From NCBI RefSeq assembly GCF_018977255.1, contig NW_024704742.1, forward strand, positions 89,778,001-89,842,000: a stretch of DNA of 64,000 bases, given 5' to 3'. The DNA is from Callorhinchus milii (taxonomy: Eukaryota). Made by a program: the position numbers and the translations under genes. The notes below the pieces were generated by a model, which saw nothing but the letters and a program-made list of their open reading frames with translations, ran no database searches and was not told where the DNA came from. Positions 63,791-64,000 of this stretch are shown piece after piece. Every line of letters begins with the position of its first letter. The first letter of the stretch is position 1.

Positions 63791-64000
63791 CTCAAAACAG
63801 GAGAAAATTACATATGGACACAGGGGTCACGCGTTAGGATGCCTCAAGAATTGGTTGTGAGAGGACTGTTTATAATATATCTAATGTGGGTGAGTGAGTG
63901 GGGGGGGGGGGAGATAACAAGAGCAGGTGAGTGAGGGGGTTGAGCCTGGCAGATGAGCCTGACCCCTCCTCCCCATAGCTTAGTGAGGGTGGGAGGGGGG

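Overview
Vertebrate genomic DNA rich in tRNA-derived SINEs and L2/CR1 LINEs; the repeat content suggests a cartilaginous fish, possibly a chimaera (inference). It holds one intact spliced gene, PLIN2 (perilipin-2), on the + strand at about 53280-62970, with 7 coding exons and about 486 aa, ending in an unusual acidic 7-residue tandem-repeat tail. The left two-thirds of the window (1 to about 42000, - strand, divergent from PLIN2) carries a chain of about 20 AG/GT-bounded exon remnants that the ORF track does not resolve. Their translations match, by eye and in the correct order, segments of the giant AAA+ ATPase/E3 ligase RNF213 (mysterin) as I recall its sequence. They contain many stops, frameshifts, transposon insertions and apparent internal deletions. 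I interpret this as a non-processed pseudogene of a highly divergent RNF213-like paralogue next to PLIN2; no database search was run. Almost all long ORFs in the track are L2/CR1 LINE fragments.
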